Assembly (NCBI GenBank): GCA_028826165.1
Contig: JAPDFW010000103.1
Coordinates: 310,001-374,000 of the forward strand
DNA from: Anaeramoeba ignava BMAN
Lineage: Eukaryota > Protista > Anaeramoebae
DNA: 64,000 nt
Direction: 5' to 3'
Under the pieces are notes generated by a model, which did no database searches, was not told where the DNA came from, and saw only the letters and a program-made list of their open reading frames with translations. Numbering within the stretch: position 1 is the first letter of the stretch; every line of letters begins with the position of its first letter. The position numbers and the translations under genes are program-made. Below, piece after piece: positions 25,930 through 40,717 of this stretch.

Positions 25930-28900
25930 TTAATATCGATAATTTTCTGATTTAAATGGACCTTCAATTGGGATTTCAAGATACTTTGATTGTTCCTCAG
26001 TTAATGCTTCTAATTCAATTCCCAAATGACCTAAATGAAGACGAGCAACTTTTTCATCCAAATGTTTTGGAAGATTATAAACTTTCTTCTCCAATTTACC
26101 TTTTTGTTCGACAAGCATAAGTTGAGCAAGAACTTGATTTGAAAATGAAAAAGACATAACAAAACTTGGATGACCAGTTGCACATCCTAAATTAAGAAGT
26201 CTTCCTTCAGCAAGAACATGAACACCATGTCCATCTTTAAAGACAAATCGATCGTATTGAGGTTTAATGTTTTCTCTAACAACATCTGGATCTTGATAAA
26301 GTCCATCCATATCAATTTCGTGATCAAAATCTAAAAAAAAATAATTTAAATTCATTTTTTAATTCAAATTTAATTTTTAATTTAATTTTAAATTCATTTT
26401 TAATTTAAATTTAAATCCATTTTAAATTTAAATTCAATTTTTAATTTTAAATTCATTTTTAATTCATTTTTAAATTTAAATCCATTTTTAATTTTAAATT
26501 CATTTTTAAATTTAAATCCATTTTTAATTTTAAATTCATTTTTAAATTTAAATTCATTTTTCAATTTTAAATCCATTTTTAAATTTTAAATCCATTTTTA
26601 ATTTTAAATTCATTTTTAATTTTTAATTTAAATTCATTTTTGATTTTAAATTCATTTTTAAATTCATTTTTTAATTTAAATCCATTTTTTAATTCATTTT
26701 TGATTTTAAATTCATTTTTAAATTCATTTTTGATTTTAAATTCATTTTTAATTTTAAATTCATTTTTAAATTTAAATTCATTTTTAATTTTAAATTCATT
26801 TTTAAATTTAAATTCATTTTTAAATTTAATTTCATTTTTGATTTTAAATTCATTTTTAAATTTTAAATCCATTTTTAATTTTAATTTCATTTTTTAATTT
26901 AAATTCATTTTTAAATTCATTTTTAAATTCATTTTTAATTTAATTTTTAAATTTTAAATTCATTTTTAATTTTAAATTCATTTTTAATTTTAAATTCATT
27001 TTTAATTTTAAATTCATTTTTAAATTTAAATTCATTTTTAATTTTAAATTCATTTTTAATTTTAAATTCATTTTTAATTTTAAATTTAAATTCATTTTTA
27101 ATTTTAAATTCTTTTTTGATTTTAAATTCATACGCCCAATATTTCCTACAATCGCTCCATCTTTCATTTGTCTCATATGATCAATTGTAACAACCTTTTT
27201 GCATCCTGTGCAAGTTACAAAAATATCTGCAGTTTTAACTAAACTATTCATTTTTCTGACTTCAAAACCATCCATAGCAGCTTGCAAAGCGCAAATAGGG
27301 TCAATTTCAGTAACAACAACTCTAGCACCTTTTTTTTTATTGGATATTTGAGGAAAATTTTTTGAAATTTTCAGAATTAAAAAAGAAAAAGAAGAAAAAT
27401 TAAAGATAAAAAAAAAAGTACCTTGACCACGCATTGCTTCAGCACAACCTTTTCCAACATCACCATAACCAGCAATCACAACAGTCTTTCCTCCGATCAT
27501 AACGTCTGTAGCTCTCATGATTCCATCTGGAAGGGAGTGTCTGCATCCATAAGTATTATCGAATTTACTTTTTGTAACTGAATTATTGACATCAATTGCT
27601 GGGAAAAGAAGTGTTTTTTTCTTTTCCATTTGCTCTAAACGATGAACACCTGTTGTTGTTTCTTCAGAACATCCATAGACTTCATCCACAATTTTATGCC
27701 AATATTTTGGATCTTTCTCGTAAATTTCTAAAAGAACTGTAAAAATGGCTTTTTCTTCTCTGTTTTTTCCTTTGCTTGGATCCGGTGCTATTTCTTTCTC
27801 TTCAAAAAGATATCCTTGGTGGATAAGAAGTGTTGCATCTCCTCCATCATCTACAATACAATTTGGTCCTTTTCCATCTCCAAAATCTAATGCTTTTGCT
27901 GTGTATTCCCAATATTCTTCAACACTTTCTCCTTTCCATGCAAAAATTGGTACTCCTTCAGGTTTTTCTGGTGTTCCATTTTTTCCGACAACAATTGCTG
28001 CAGCTGCTGGATCCTAATTTTTATTCAATTCAATTTAATATTTAATTTAATATTCAATTTAATATTCAATTTAATATTCAATTTAATATTTAATTTAATA
28101 TTCAATTTAATATTCAATTTAATATTCAATTTAATATTTAATTTAATATTCAATTTAATATTTAATTTAACATTCAATTTAATATTCAATTTAATATTCA
28201 ACATTCAATATTCAATTTAATTTAATATTCAATATTCAATTTAATATTCAATTTAATTTTTAATTCAATATTTAATATTCAATTTAATATTTAATTTAAA
28301 ATTCAATTTAATATTTAATTCAATTTTAATATTCAATTCAATTCAATGTTCAATATAATTTAATATTTTAATATTTAATTTTAATATTTAATTTAATATT
28401 TAATATTCAATATTTAATATTTAATATTCAATATTTAATATTTAATATTTAATTTAATTCAATATTCAATATTCAATTTAATTTAATTTAATATTCAATT
28501 TAATTTAATTTAATATTTAATTTAATTTAATTTAATATTTAAGGTGGAGTCATCAGTGAAAATTTTTCTTAACTTTTTTGTTATTTCATCAATAAACAAA
28601 CAAAAAAACAAATCTATCTAATTTTTTATTTTTAATATTAAAAATGTTTTCTCAAGATCTAGATCAAAATTAAAAAAAAAATTTTTTTTCAAGCTCAATT
28701 CTTGATCAGTTTTGATCCTCTTTTTAATTGAAAATAAGTGTAAAAATTCAAATTGAGGGAAATTGAAATCATTTTTTTCTTTTGCAAATTTTAAAATGGG
28801 TAAAAGAAAGCAACCATGCTGTGTCTGTGGCTATTGGTTTGAGAATTACTGGAATCGACCAGATACAATAATAATTTCACTTGATTTTGAAAAATTTGAA

Positions 28901-31314
28901 TCACCATTCATATGTCAAGGATGCTACAGAACCAATTATAGAATGGTAAGTTTAATCGGGAAAAAGTGAGGAAAAGTGAAACAAAGAGTTTAGACGATTT
29001 GTTCAAGTTGAGGAAAGAAGATTTCATACAAAAAAAATCAGCCCCAACCAGCCCCACTTGAGCAAAGTGAAAAAATTAACGGTCCTTATTGATTTTTTTT
29101 CTTTTTTTTCTTAATAAAAAATTATTTCATCTACAAAAATCAAAATTAAATCAAGAAGTTATTTTAAAATTGAAGAAACCTCTCTTTTGCAATTTTAAGA
29201 ATTTTTTATAAGTAAAACTCTTTTCAAAATAAATGTAAATTTATGTTTTTAATTTAAATTTGTCTTTCAAAAATTATCAAATTATGAAAAAGAAGTTGAA
29301 ACTGAAACTGAGAGTAGAATAAAAAAAGAAACAAAATGAAATTCTCATATCTTAGTTGTTTTTATTACAAATTTTCTTTTCAATTTTATTGAATTTTTTT
29401 TTTCATTTAACGTCAACTAATTTTGTTTTGGTTTTTATAGTTAAAAAAGAAGAGAAAAGCCAAATGAAAATAAGGATCAAATTCAAGAAAAGGAAAAACT
29501 AATAATATAATTGATCCAGAATGGAAAAACTAATGTAACACCTCAACAAGTTGTTGTGGCGAGTTTAATGTCAGGTTTGTTTTACTCACAATACTCCATG
29601 GTTTTCCTTATTGGGAATAGAAATTGTTAGTGAAACACAATTTAACAGAATTTGTCGAGATTATGGGAATGATATCCAATACTTATTAGATCAAGCACTT
29701 GATTTCAATCGACAATGTGCTAAAAAATCATTCAACCCAAAGTGTAGATCTTTATTGATTTTTAGCGAGTAACTTGAAAGAGCTCAAAATTGCTCTTTTG
29801 ATGGAGGATGGTCACATAGAGGATGGAAAGCAAGAGAATCATCTACCATATTTTTTGATGTAGATCAGAATTCTATTTTTGATGTTATTCATGTAACTCG
29901 CAGGCAAGGGTATAAAGGATTTTCTAATCAAATGGAAAAAGAAGCAGTAAACAGATTTGGACAAAAATGGAAAGATAAAATAACACTCCACACATTAATT
30001 CATGATAATTGTAAAAATATAAAATCAGTTGTTCAAGGATATTGGCCCAAAGTTCAAGAACAATTAGATGTTTCCCATTATGGAAAAAATATTCGAAAAA
30101 AAATTGAAAAATCTGGAAAAAAATTTCATTCACTGGAAGGAAAAGGTCAGAGTGTGAAGAACTGGTTTCGTTCATCGATCGAAAGTAGCAATGGAGATGT
30201 GAAAAGATTTAATGAATTGATGCAGTTGGGAGTGAACCATTATGAAAATAAGAATCATGACCATTGTAGTCAATGTAAACAGAAAAAGCAAAATCCAAAT
30301 TATTGGATTAGTGACCCAAATGAACAAAAAGAGTTTGAACGGCACATTGAAAATATCATAAAAGATTCAGACAAAATAATTGGTGGTTATAACACAAACT
30401 CTTGCGAATCTTTTTTTAGTTCAAAAACAAAGTATATTCCAAAAAGGATAAATGCCCCGTCCCAGTATGAATTTCGCGTCAATATGGCGGTACTTGATCG
30501 AGAATGTCCAGCATGGAGAGAATTGTTAAGTGAGCAATGGGGATGGAAGATTCCAGAAGTATTTTATAATATACAAAAAAGAAAAGATCAAAAGAAACAA
30601 CATAAACAAAACTCCCAAAAATTACAAAAAAACAAGAAAAATAATCAAAAATAAAATTTATCAAAGATCTTTATTTTAGTTTTTTGTTTTCCAAAAAAAA
30701 ATATTATTAAATGAAAAAAAATCCAAAAATGAATTATGATGTCTCCCCCTTAATATTCAATTCAATATTCAACTTAATATTTAATATTCAATATTCAATT
30801 TAATATTCAATTTAATTTAATATTCAACTTAATATTAAATATTCAATTTAATTTTTAATTTAATATTTAATTTAATATTCAATTTAATATTCAATTTAAT
30901 ATTCAATTTAATATTCAATTTAATATTTAATTTAATATTCAATTTAATTTAATATTTAATATTCAATTTAATTTAATTCAATATTTAATTTAATATTCAA
31001 TATTCAATTTGGTTTTAAATAAATGATCTTAAACATACCTGTGTACTGAAAATATTACAACTGCACCATCTCAGACTTGCTCCCAATTCAACTAATGTTT
31101 CAATTAAACACGCAGTCTGAATTGTCATATGAAGTGAACCTGTAAGTCTAATACCAGACAAAGGCTTTTTATCAGCATATTCGTTACGAATAGACATTAA
31201 TCCTGGCATTTCCTTTTCTGCTAAATCAAGTTCTTTACGCCCAAGCTTATAACTATTAATATCCTTTATAATATAAGGAAAGGGTGTTTGTCCAATACAT
31301 AATTTATTTTCCAT
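25930..31314 (-). CDS. AHCY: Adenosylhomocysteinase (SAH hydrolase)
   Basis: Exons 31314-31039, 28013-27422, 27328-27134, 26330-25930. Motifs [24 protein letters not shown]|[36 protein letters not shown]|HFD and [18 protein letters not shown]. Confidence 0.97.
26345..27130. repeat. Intronic array of about 18-nt units (TTTAAATTCATTTTTAAT)n
   Basis: Fills AHCY intron 3. Confidence 0.85.
28020..28540. repeat. Intronic (AATATTCAATTT)n array, interrupted by the transposon and resuming at 30754-31010
   Basis: Same unit on both sides of the TTAA insertion site. Confidence 0.85.
28543..30749 (+). mobile_element. Kolobok-like DNA transposon (2207 bp) in intron 1 of AHCY
   Basis: TTAA at 28539-28542 and 30750-30753 (target duplication). 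13-bp imperfect TIRs GGTGGAGTCATCA and TGATGTCTCCCCC (11/13 match), with RR...YY termini. The same AATATTCAATTT intron repeat continues on both sides, and a DDE transposase lies inside. Confidence 0.85.
28796..30654 (+). pseudogene. Disrupted Kolobok/Mutator-like DDE transposase with an N-terminal Cys-rich finger
   Basis: [11 protein letters not shown]...FICQGC, then [29 protein letters not shown] and [11 protein letters not shown]. There is a frameshift near 29605 and an in-frame TAA at 29770-29772 just upstream of the first catalytic Asp. The 5' exon structure is uncertain. Confidence 0.75.
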
Positions 31315-31349
31315 TTTTATTTATTTATTTATTTATTATTGCTTTTTCA

Positions 31350-31388
31350 AAAATGAAAAAATGAAAAAATGAAAAAATGAAAAAAAAA
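31350..31388 (-). promoter_or_regulatory. Tandem TCATTTT initiator-like motif upstream of AHCY
   Basis: (AAAAATG)x4 on the plus strand, about 40-70 nt upstream of the minus-strand ATG. Confidence 0.55.
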
Positions 31389-31489
31389 TTTTTCTTTTAA
31401 AAAAAAAAACACGTAAACATTAAATCTAATAAAAATAAAAAATTATTATTAATGTTTGTTTTGTTTTTTGTTTTTTGTTTTTTGGAAAT

Positions 31490-32497
31490 TTAATTTGTAT
31501 TTTCAAATAAAGCTTCAATCCAAATTCTATGCATGACTAAACATTTTTTTCTATTAAGAATTTGTCTTGAAGTATATTGGTTTTTCAGAAGTTTAAATTC
31601 AGTTTCAGAAGCAATTTTTGCGATCACTTCTGTCGAAAAGAAATAAGAAAGTGTTCCAGTCCAACGAACATACAAATTTTCTGACAATTTATTTTCCTTT
31701 TGATTGAATCGAAGTTGGGAAAGATCATAAACGGCATAATCACGAAAAACAATAACACCATTTGGCTTTAACATTTTTTTGAGACGCCTGAAAACAGGAA
31801 CATAATGATCAGGATGGATCGCGCTGAGTGTAAAAATCAAAGTCACAATGTCAAAAGATTTTTCTGGCAGATCGGGAATATCAGATTTTGTGATATCATG
31901 AACAAAAACATTTTTCACTCGCTCGGAATCAAATTCGGGGTTCTCTTTCAGAAGTTGCAGTGCTTTTGGACTGAGATCAATCCCATAGAAATCGAGCTTC
32001 TTTGTGCGACGCAACAAAGGGAACATTGTAGAGCCTGTGCCGCAGCCAATATCAAGGAGAGCAACACGTTCTTGGTCCTTGAATCGTTCCTTCTCAAGCA
32101 ACTCTTCAAACAAGGCCTGATAGAAGTAGTTGCGATCTTTGAAGGCATGATCCTTGTTGGATTTGTAAAACTTGTCCCAAAACTTGCTGCTCTCCTCTTT
32201 GTACTTGTTTGCCCAGCGCTCTGTTATTGTACTTGTTGTTTCTTCGCTCAGAAGTTTCTTCGCTTTTGCGAGATATTCTTCCGGTATTTCCGCAAGCTCA
32301 ATCTCTCGTCCTGCTGTGTTTTGTTTTTGAATTAACTCTTCCATTTCTTGTTTCGTTACTCGCGAAATGAGTTCCCCAAGATTCCGATATTCCTTTTTTT
32401 TCGGTTTTGTGTTTTTTTGTAGCATTTCGATATTCAATTCTAGTGATGGAATGCTGTTATTTTCCTGTTGATTTGATTGATTCTCTTTTTTTTCCAT
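31490..32497 (-). CDS. tRNA N3-methylcytidine methyltransferase (METTL2/METTL6/Trm140 family)
   Basis: FWDKFYK...FKDRNY, LLDIGCGTG, DIVTLIFTLSAIHP, LKPNGVIVFRDYAVYDLSQLRF, NLYVRWTGTLSYFF and MHRIWIEA. Confidence 0.92.
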   Translation of the reverse strand: MEKKENQSNQQENNSIPSLELNIEMLQKNTKPKKKEYRNLGELISRVTKQEMEELIQKQNTAGREIELAEIPEEYLAKAKKLLSEETTSTITERWANKYKEESSKFWDKFYKSNKDHAFKDRNYFYQALFEELLEKERFKDQERVALLDIGCGTGSTMFPLLRRTKKLDFYGIDLSPKALQLLKENPEFDSERVKNVFVHDITKSDIPDLPEKSFDIVTLIFTLSAIHPDHYVPVFRRLKKMLKPNGVIVFRDYAVYDLSQLRFNQKENKLSENLYVRWTGTLSYFFSTEVIAKIASETEFKLLKNQYTSRQILNRKKCLVMHRIWIEALFENTN

Positions 32498-32705
32498 TAT
32501 TTATATGTTTTTGTGTTTTTTTTTTCGGTTTGGAAATTTGCAAATTTATTGATTGAAAATATTTTTGTTTTAAAATGGAAAATCTTGAAAGAATGGAAAA
32601 GAGAAGAAATGAAATGAAAAAATTGGAAAAAAATTGACAAAAAAATGAAAAAAAAATGATTGAAACCATTTCATTTTTTTTTTCAAAATTTTTTTATTTT
32701 GTATT

Positions 32706-33293
32706 ATGTTTATTGCAATTTTGTTCATCTTTTTTACAATTCTCCCTTTTTTTTTGTTACTACGTCAATCTATTAAGCATTTCCCTTTACTTATTATTCT
32801 TTCCAGTTTTTTCTTTTCTTTGTGGATAACGGTTACTGGAGAAGAATTTAGTTATCTTCAATTTATTCGTATTTTACAGAATAGTGATATTTGGTTTAAT
32901 TTCAAACAACATCTTTCAAATTGTTTCATTTTTCATTCAAAAATTAAAATTCCTGCATCTTTTTTACAAGGCTCTATTTGCACATCAACATATTTCTTAA
33001 GCGATCTTGTTGATATTTGTGAGCAAAATCGGGTATTTAGAGAATTTGGACTAAAAGATAATATTTCTTTTTCTCTTTCAGTTGTAGTTTTTCTTATTGG
33101 AATTTTGTTATATTTAACTAACCAATTCCGAATGGGTTTATTTTCGCTTCTTTTTTCTCAAATTTTAATTTTTAGATTTGTAAATGAAAACAAACAAACA
33201 ATTCATTTTGGGATTGGGTTTTATCTTATATTATTAGGAAGTTTATTAGGATTGATTAGATTTTCTGTATGGAAAAATGCCGGCAAAAATTAA
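32706..33293 (+). CDS. Hypothetical multi-pass membrane protein
   Basis: 195-aa intronless ORF with 4-5 hydrophobic segments, preceded by the TCATTTT motif. Confidence 0.55.
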   Translation: MFIAILFIFFTILPFFLLLRQSIKHFPLLIILSSFFFSLWITVTGEEFSYLQFIRILQNSDIWFNFKQHLSNCFIFHSKIKIPASFLQGSICTSTYFLSDLVDICEQNRVFREFGLKDNISFSLSVVVFLIGILLYLTNQFRMGLFSLLFSQILIFRFVNENKQTIHFGIGFYLILLGSLLGLIRFSVWKNAGKN

Positions 33294-33682
33294 TAAAATT
33301 ATTTTATTTTTCTTTTGTTTTAAATTTAATTAAAAAAATAAACAAAACAAAAAATTTTCTTTCAAATAAAGATCATTCAATTACAAAAAATAATTTAAAA
33401 TAAAAACACAAAAATATTTTTTTTTTGGATCTCCTTTTAAATTAAAATTTAAATTCAAAATTGAATTTGATTTTGAATTTTTAATTAAAATTTTTTATTT
33501 TTGAATTAAAAAAAAAAAAATTTTCTTTTTAATTGAATTTTTTAAAAACAAAATAAAAAGAAAAAAAAATTTTTTTCTTTAAATGAAATATTTCGAATGA
33601 ATAAAAAGATTACAAATTCATTTTTTTTTTTCTTTATTTTTTTTCTTTATTTTTCGCATAAATAAAAAAAAATTCATTTAAA

Positions 33683-35004
33683 ATGGGAAACACAGAAAAT
33701 TCAAATGTGATCCCTAAAAAAAAAACTTCAAAATATATTAAATCTGTTAAAGAATCAGCAAACCCAATCTTTTTGTTAGATAATTTGATTAAAATCCATT
33801 TTGCAAATGAAAAGTTTCTTGATTTAACAAAATTAAATAACCAAACTATTATTGATAAGCCATTAACAAGTATTTCTGCAGAAATTCAACCCAATGAACA
33901 AACTACTTGTGATTTAAATTATGCGCTTCTAACGAAATTTAAAACAGTTTTGAAGTAACAAAAAAGGGATCATTTTTTCAATGTTATTTGATCAATGTTG
34001 AAAAACTTGATTCATTTTTATTATCAATTTAATAAAAATCAAATTAAATTTAATAAAAATCAAATTAAAATAAATAATAATAAAAATTAAATTTAATAAT
34101 AAAAATCAAATTAAATATAATAATCAAATAAAATTTAATAAAAATCAATTTAATAAAAATCAAATTAAATTTAATAATAAAAATCAAATAAAATTAAATT
34201 TAATAATAATCAAATTAAAATAAATAAAAATCAAATTAAATTTAATAAAAATCAAAATTTAAAAATAGTTCACCTCATGGTTCTGATATTGATTGGATTA
34301 TAAAAGGAAAAGAATTATTGCAAATCTCAGCATCCATCTCTTTAATTTGTTTAAATAATAAACATCTTGCAGAAGTTAATATAAAAAGGGTAAGTCCTGT
34401 TGGTTCACAACCAAAATTAGAAACAGAAACAGAACCAGTAAATTTTGCATTGGATCGATTTGAAACATTAAGTGAAATGAGTTTTGATAGCGATCTAAGT
34501 GAAGTAGATAAATTTCGATTATCAAGAACATCAAGTTTAGCAGATGAAAATGTACCCAAAAGAATGACTCTTCTCAGAAATGAATCAACAGATAGTTTTA
34601 ATGATTTTCAAAATTTTGACAATCAAATAAAGGCAAATATTGACTTAATCAATAAGTATTTGAAATCAATCCAAAATCAAAAACTTGCGGATTCAACAAA
34701 CAAAAAAATCAACCAAATTCATGATCTAGTTTTCAATTTTGTTGATCATAAAGATGAACAAATTAACAAATTAAAAGAAAAATTTTCTCAAGAAAAAAAA
34801 GAACAAAAAAAGAAATTTAGTAAATTGGAATCCCATTTCCAAAGAAGACTTGGTGGAATGGAATCTCAAAAAAATGAAAAACAATCCATTTTAGAAGAAA
34901 ATCTTCAATTAAAAAAGAAAATCAATCGTTTGACATCTTTGATTAAAAAACAAGAGGAAATTACTAAAGAATTATATTCCTGTTTAAATACAGTTAAAAA
35001 TTGA
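33683..35004 (+). CDS. PAS-like domain plus C-terminal coiled-coil protein with a putative N-myristoylation site
   Basis: MGNTENS (MGxxxS-like start) and PAS-like PIFLLD...IHFANEKFLDLT...IIDKPLTSIS. Exons 33683-33954 and 34269-35004. Confidence 0.6.
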
Positions 35005-35247
35005 TTTAAATTATCCAAACACGAATATCCAAAAATTATGAACATTTAAAAAACAAATTATTAAACTTTTTCTTTTTTCTTTTTTCTTTTATTCTCTTTT
35101 GGGATAAGAAAAAATAAGCTTAAAAAATTATTCATTTTCTTTTATCAAATTTAATCCCAAAAAAAAAAAACCAATAAAAAAAAAGGAATTGAAATTTGAA
35201 ATTTGGAATTTATGATCAAAAAGTTCTTAAAAGTTTTAGATTCAATT

Positions 35248-38212
35248 TTATAATTGTCTCAAAATTGCCAAAATTTTGATATAAATTTTTCGAGTAACTT
35301 TTCTTGCAAGGAGATAACTAAATTTAAAAAATTAGAAAAGAAATTTTTAATATTTAGTATTTAGTATTTAGTATTTAATATTTATTTAATATTACTCAAT
35401 GTGTCCAAATTCTTCGTTTTTTTCAATATAAAATGGTTTTTTTCCAAGTTTTGAAAGTAAAGATGATTCAATATCATTTGGAGTTGATAATTCATCAAGT
35501 TTCCCATAAAAAACAGCAATTGGAGGGCAACATTCATCAATTAAACCAAGATTATATTCTGATGAAGATTGTGAGAGTTTTTGATTATTTGAATCCAAAT
35601 CTGCAAATTTGAGGAAATTTTTTGAGTTTATCATCATTATCCAATGCTTAAGATTCATAACAGAAGTTTTTCCCAAAAGATATGATTCGTATATTTCTAT
35701 TCTTTGTTGATAAATATTTTGTCCGTCAAGGAAATGAAATAAATGTGTAGGTTTTAGTTCAGATTTTGATTCTGTTTTTGATTTTGATTCTGTTTTTGGT
35801 TTTGATTCTGTTTGTAATTTTGATTCTATTTTAGATTTTGATTCTGTTTGTAATTTTGGTTCTATTTTAGATTTTGATTCTGTTTGTAATTTTGATTCTG
35901 TTTTAGATTTTGATTCTATTTTAGATTTTGATTCTGTTTGTAATTTTGATTCTGTTTGTAATTTTGGTTCTGTTTGTAATTTTGATTCTATTTGTGATTT
36001 TGATTCTGTTTTGTTTTGTTTTTCAATCCTATTATTTATTTGTAACAATATTTCAGAATCTGCTTTAAATTCTTTATATCCAAGTGTTAAAAATAGTGAA
36101 TCATTTGAGAAAGAAGAGAGTTTTCGTAAAAGTTTGTTTTTTGTTGAATAAAGAGAGCACATAGGTGCAAGAGCAATAAAAAGATTGATTTTACTTGATA
36201 AAGAAGAAAAATAATTATGTTCAATTTTATTTTCATTTTGATTTTGATTTTGATTTTGATTTTGATTTTGATTTTCAATTTGATTTTCAATTTTATTTTC
36301 AATTGATTTTCGATTTTGATTTTGATTTTGATTTTGATTTTGATTTTCAATTTGATTTTCAATTTGATTTTCAATTTTATTTTCAATTTTATTTTCAATT
36401 TTATTTTCAATTTGATTTTCAATTTGATTTTCAATTTGATTTTCAATTTGATTTTCAATTTTATTTTCATTTTCAATTTTATTTTCAATTTTATTTTCAA
36501 TTTGATTTTCAATTTGATTTTGATTTTGATTTTGAATTTGATTTTGATTTTGATTTTGATTTTCAATTTGATTTTGATTTTGATTTTGATTTTGAATTTG
36601 ATTTTGATTTTGATTTGAATTTTTCACTTCTTGATCTAAACAAAGTGCTACTAATAATATTGAAGCACCTTGACCATGACCAATATAAGTTAAAGTTTTT
36701 GCACCTGTAAATGTGAGTATATAATCCACAACAGCAGGGATATCAAATTTTGCCATATCTTCCCAAGAAAATTTCCAATAATCACTATCTTTTGTTTTTA
36801 AAGTCAAGTGTTTATTACTAATTCCATTTCCCCTTGAATTTGCAAGAAAAACTGTGAATCTTTTTTAAGAAGTTATTTTTTTTTTAGTTTTGAAATTGAA
36901 TGAATATTGATTCATATTCATTTTGGTTTTAGTCTTGAAATTAAAAAAATACCCATTATTTGCTAAAAGAAAAGCAAGTGAACTATTTTTTCCATTAATA
37001 ATCCATGAAAATGCATTATCCAAAAATCCATGTTGAAGAAGAACAACTTTTGCTGGATTCATTTCTGTATTCTTTTTATCGATAGAAAACAAACAAAGTT
37101 CATAAAAATCTCTTGTGATAACTTTATGATTTTGAGCATGATAACCTGAAGAACTGAAAATAAATTGAAGAAGAAGAAAAAGAAAATTATTCTCATTTTT
37201 TTCATTTGAAATATTCAGATGTGAAAATATTTACGTAACATAGTCAATAAATTCTTCTGCGAAATTTTGTTGAAATGATGATTCTATTGTTTCGCCAAAT
37301 TGTTTGACTTTTTCATAAACAACATTTTTCCTTTAGATAATTCTGTTTTTAAAAAGGAAAAAGCTCGTTTTGAATCTTGCTTTGTTTCTGAAAAAGCTGA
37401 AACAACACCTTTTTTAATTCCTGAAAAGAATGATTTAACTGAATTTAAATCAACACCAAATTCTTTTTCATTTTTATTTTGATTTTGAATTTGATTTTGA
37501 TTTTGATTTTGATTTTGATTTTGATTTTGATTTTGATTTTGATTTTGATTTTGATTTTGATTTTGATTTTGAATTTGATTTTGATTTTGAATTTGATTTT
37601 GATTTTGATTTTGATTTTGATTTTGAATTTGATTTTGATTTTGATTTTGATTTTGATTTTGATTTTGATTTTGATTTGATTTTGATTTTGATTTTGATTT
37701 TGATTTTCAATTTGAATTTGATTTTCAATTTGATTTTGATTTTGATTTTGATTTTGATTTTGATTTTGATTTTGATTTTGATTTTGATTTTGATTTTGAT
37801 TTTGATTTTTGATTTGATTTTGATTTTTATTTTGATTTTGATTTTGATTTTTATTTTGATTTTGATTTTTATTTTGATTTTGATTTTGATTTTGATTTTG
37901 ATTTTTATTTTGAATTTGGTTTTGATTTTGATTTTCATTTTCATTTTCAATATGTTTTTCTGTTTCTGTTTCTTTGTGTTTTTCTTTTTCTTTGTCTTTT
38001 TCTTTGTCTTTTTCTTTGTCTTTTTCTTTGTGTTTTTCTTTTTCTTTTTCTTTTTCTTTTTCTTTTTCTTTGTCTTTTTCTTTGTCTTTTTCTGTTTCTG
38101 TTTCTGTAACTAAATTAATTTGTTTTTGTCCCCATTGAATTGCAGATTGTGCAGAACTTTTAAAAAAAGATCCAATTTGTGAAGGAAATAAAGTCCAATC
38201 CTTTTTTGACAT
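35248..38212 (-). CDS. Acid-lipase-family (LIPA/LIPF-like) alpha/beta hydrolase, predicted catalytically inactive
   Basis: VVLLQHGFLDNAFSW, SLAFLLANNG, LANSRGN, YWKFSWEDMAKFDIPAVVDYIL, YIGHGQG, FIALAP, DELS and GHID. Long NQ and ESK repeat inserts. Apparent 1-nt slip near 37676 inside the GATTTT repeat. Confidence 0.85.
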
Positions 38213-38377
38213 AATCCAAATTTTCAGAAATAATAAAAATAAAAAAAATGAAAATAATTAAAAAAGCAAAAAAAAATATTTTAATTATTTTTTTTTTTCA
38301 TTTTTTTCTTTTTTCAATTTATTTTTTATATAAAGGAAAAAAAAACAAACCAAATTTAAAATCATTTAAAAAAAAAA

Positions 38378-40523
<2,146 letters not shown>

Positions 40524-40717
40524 CTAACAAATATTTCAATAAATTCTCAAAACAAAAAAAGATTCAAACAATTTAGAAATGAGAAAAATACAAGAAAATG
40601 GAATCTAAAAAAAAATTCTTTTTTTCATTCAAACACAAAATCAAAACCTTTTTTTTTTACTTTTTTTTTTCTTTTACTTTTTCAATTAAAAAGAAAAAAA
40701 AAAAATAATAAAGCAAT

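Noticed and set aside
29770-29772. In-frame TAA as evidence for a reassigned genetic code
   Set aside because: TAA is the normal terminator of most host genes here, and conserved genes have no internal TAA/TAG. It is best read as a nonsense mutation in a decaying transposase.
28543-30749. piggyBac assignment based on the TTAA target site
   Set aside because: The termini are GG...CC rather than CC...GG, and the transposase motifs (DGxW..RG, ME, H..K, TN.xE) fit Kolobok/Mutator-like enzymes.
31805-32335. 176-aa antisense ORF over METTL, plus similar ones over RhoGAP (46346-46849) and the EGF regions
   Set aside because: These are shadow ORFs caused by locally higher GC and codon bias, with no recognisable motifs.
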